Under the pieces are notes generated by a model. It did not search any database and was not told the origin of the DNA. It was given only the letters and a program-made list of their open reading frames with translations. Source: Macrostomum lignano (Eukaryota). Taken from it: a stretch of 38,390 nt of DNA. Location: positions 1-38,390 of the forward strand of contig NIVC01000141.1 in assembly GCA_002269645.1 (NCBI GenBank). The letters are read 5' to 3'. Both the position numbers and the translations under genes were made by a program. Every line of letters begins with the position of its first letter. Position 1 is the stretch's first letter. Positions 24,616 through 38,390 of the stretch are shown here, piece by piece.

Positions 24616-25146
24616 CGCTGCCTGTCTATAGTTTATTCAGTTTTCATTGCATTTTCAACTTTCGTAATATTGTTAACTTAAACTCTAAATTAAAAGTTTT
24701 GGGGTTCAAATAGTTGTGCTTATCTTAACTTGCGTGCATTTTGGTTATTGCTATTAATATTGCAGAGTGAAAGACAAGACAAATATAAAAGTACTATAAA
24801 ACATGCTCACTTGTTATTCTTTTGTTTTACCTTTCCTCGAAAATTCCTAGTTTGATACTTTAGTGCATTATTAGCGTGGTCTGTTTAAATTGCCTAGCTA
24901 CTGCATAGTAAACAGCGCCTTTTTCTACATAATGGAAGCTGTTTAAACAAAAAGATAATAAATCAATAAGCTTAACTAGCTAAGCTAGGGAAATTTTAGT
25001 CAATCCAGCTCCCCCGCAACGTTTCCGAAAATCTGTGTTAAGCAAGCAGCTAAACTACGTTAATTTCATTGTTACTTTCACTTGGGCACAAAATTCAACA
25101 TCGTATATATAGCCAGGGTGTTACAGTTCTTTGAAAGTTCCTACCG

Positions 25147-25423
25147 TAATAATAACAGTAATAAGAACCAACGGCTCAGCCGCAGCTATTGCGCGGCATC
25201 TGAAGGCTGCGTACGACTGTTTAGTCTAAGGCCTGGGGTCGCCATACACACCCCCCCAGCTAATGCTGGCGCCCATTTTACAGCTAGGGCATGAACTGAA
25301 GCAATACAGATCGAGTTAGGTGTCTTGCTCAAGGACACAAATTGTTCCTAGTGGGTGGAGAATCGAACCCCCGACCTTTCAGTCGTGAGTCCGACGCTCT
25401 AACCACTAGGCTACAACCTCTCC
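25147..25423 (-). mobile_element. tRNA-derived SINE with CORE-like central domain (family B)
   Basis: Minus strand: A box TAGCCTAGTGG, B box GGTTCGATTCT, then GTGTCCTTGAGCAAGACACCTAAC..CTGTAAAATGGG (compare MIR CORE GTGACCTTGGGCAAGTCACTTAAC..CTGTAAAATGGG), and a (TTA)n-like tail. Confidence 0.8.
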
Positions 25424-26169
25424 TGTCATATAAATAATGAATTCGTGCTCCTCTTTCTATGAAACTCATGTCAGTTTTGAAGAGTTTATTCTGCTTGTAA
25501 GCGAGACCAAGATTTAAAAATTAGTAAGCAAGATCTTGCCCTATGCTTGTATTGTATACGAGTAATAGGATAAAGCATATAAGATATAATGTATGCAATG
25601 AATGGCCCAGTCTTCAGATAGACAAAACTCCCTCTTCTCGGCCAGAAAGGCTTTGCATAGCAGAGAGTACAGTTCATTTAGCTTTCGTCGTGCTATCTCA
25701 GCCACTATTTGTCAGCTGGTATTTTTGATACATAGCTTTGAGAGTCATGCTATCTCAGCCTTGGATAGGCAAAATTGTAAATTCATGGCCGCTGAGTATG
25801 CTTGGCCGCTGAGTATGCTTGTCCTAGGCTGTCAGTTCTAAATGTATGGCCAGACTTTTTGTTCTCCAGACTTAAAACCACAGCAAACAAATCTTGTGGC
25901 AGTGATAGTCTATGGCCAGCCCTGCTGACCAACCTGGAACGAACAGGTTTTATCTTCCAGTCTTGAGCGGGAAGAGGTTTTTATAAAGTTCGTATCGGGG
26001 AAATCTTTCAAGTTTTTTGGCATCTTTACCGTATAAATTTTTTAGATGAGCGTTGCATCATGTGACATGTCCTCTGATTGTGCGCTATCTCAAAAGTATG
26101 TCTTTAAAAACCGCTACGCTTTCATTTTTCAGCTGCTTAATTGCTGCATTTAAGTTTTTTAAAATTACC

Positions 26170-38390
<12,221 letters not shown>

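Noticed and set aside
25345-25423. Functional tRNA gene (also considered at 18255-18330)
   Set aside because: The acceptor stems do not pair, and each head continues into a dispersed SINE body with a tail.

Overview
Eukaryotic (metazoan) genomic DNA with GT-AG introns and many repeats. The compact genes, minisatellite load and tRNA-SINEs would fit a free-living flatworm such as Macrostomum, but that is inference only. All host genes are on the + strand: AAMDC (intronless), BCKDHA (2 exons, one -1 frameshift), two tandem PCNA genes encoding identical proteins, PPIH (intronless), and a large TDRD12/Yb-family Tudor-DEAD-Tudor gene that runs off the right edge. That gene has a third Tudor domain, an ARM-like tail and several 1-nt frameshifts. 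The standout mobile element is an apparently intact 3,036-bp RAG1-related (Chapaev/Transib-like) DNA transposon at 9310-12345. It has an exact RSS heptamer (CACAGTG) at both ends, ~170-bp imperfect TIRs, a perfect 4-bp TSD (GTGG) and an uninterrupted ~661-aa DDE transposase. The remainder is decayed mariner relics, MITEs, SINEs and minisatellites. The old-TE compartments (about 1-8 kb and 14-16 kb) are strongly CpG-poor and show C>T decay, while the genes stay CpG-rich. All alignments and counts were made by eye.
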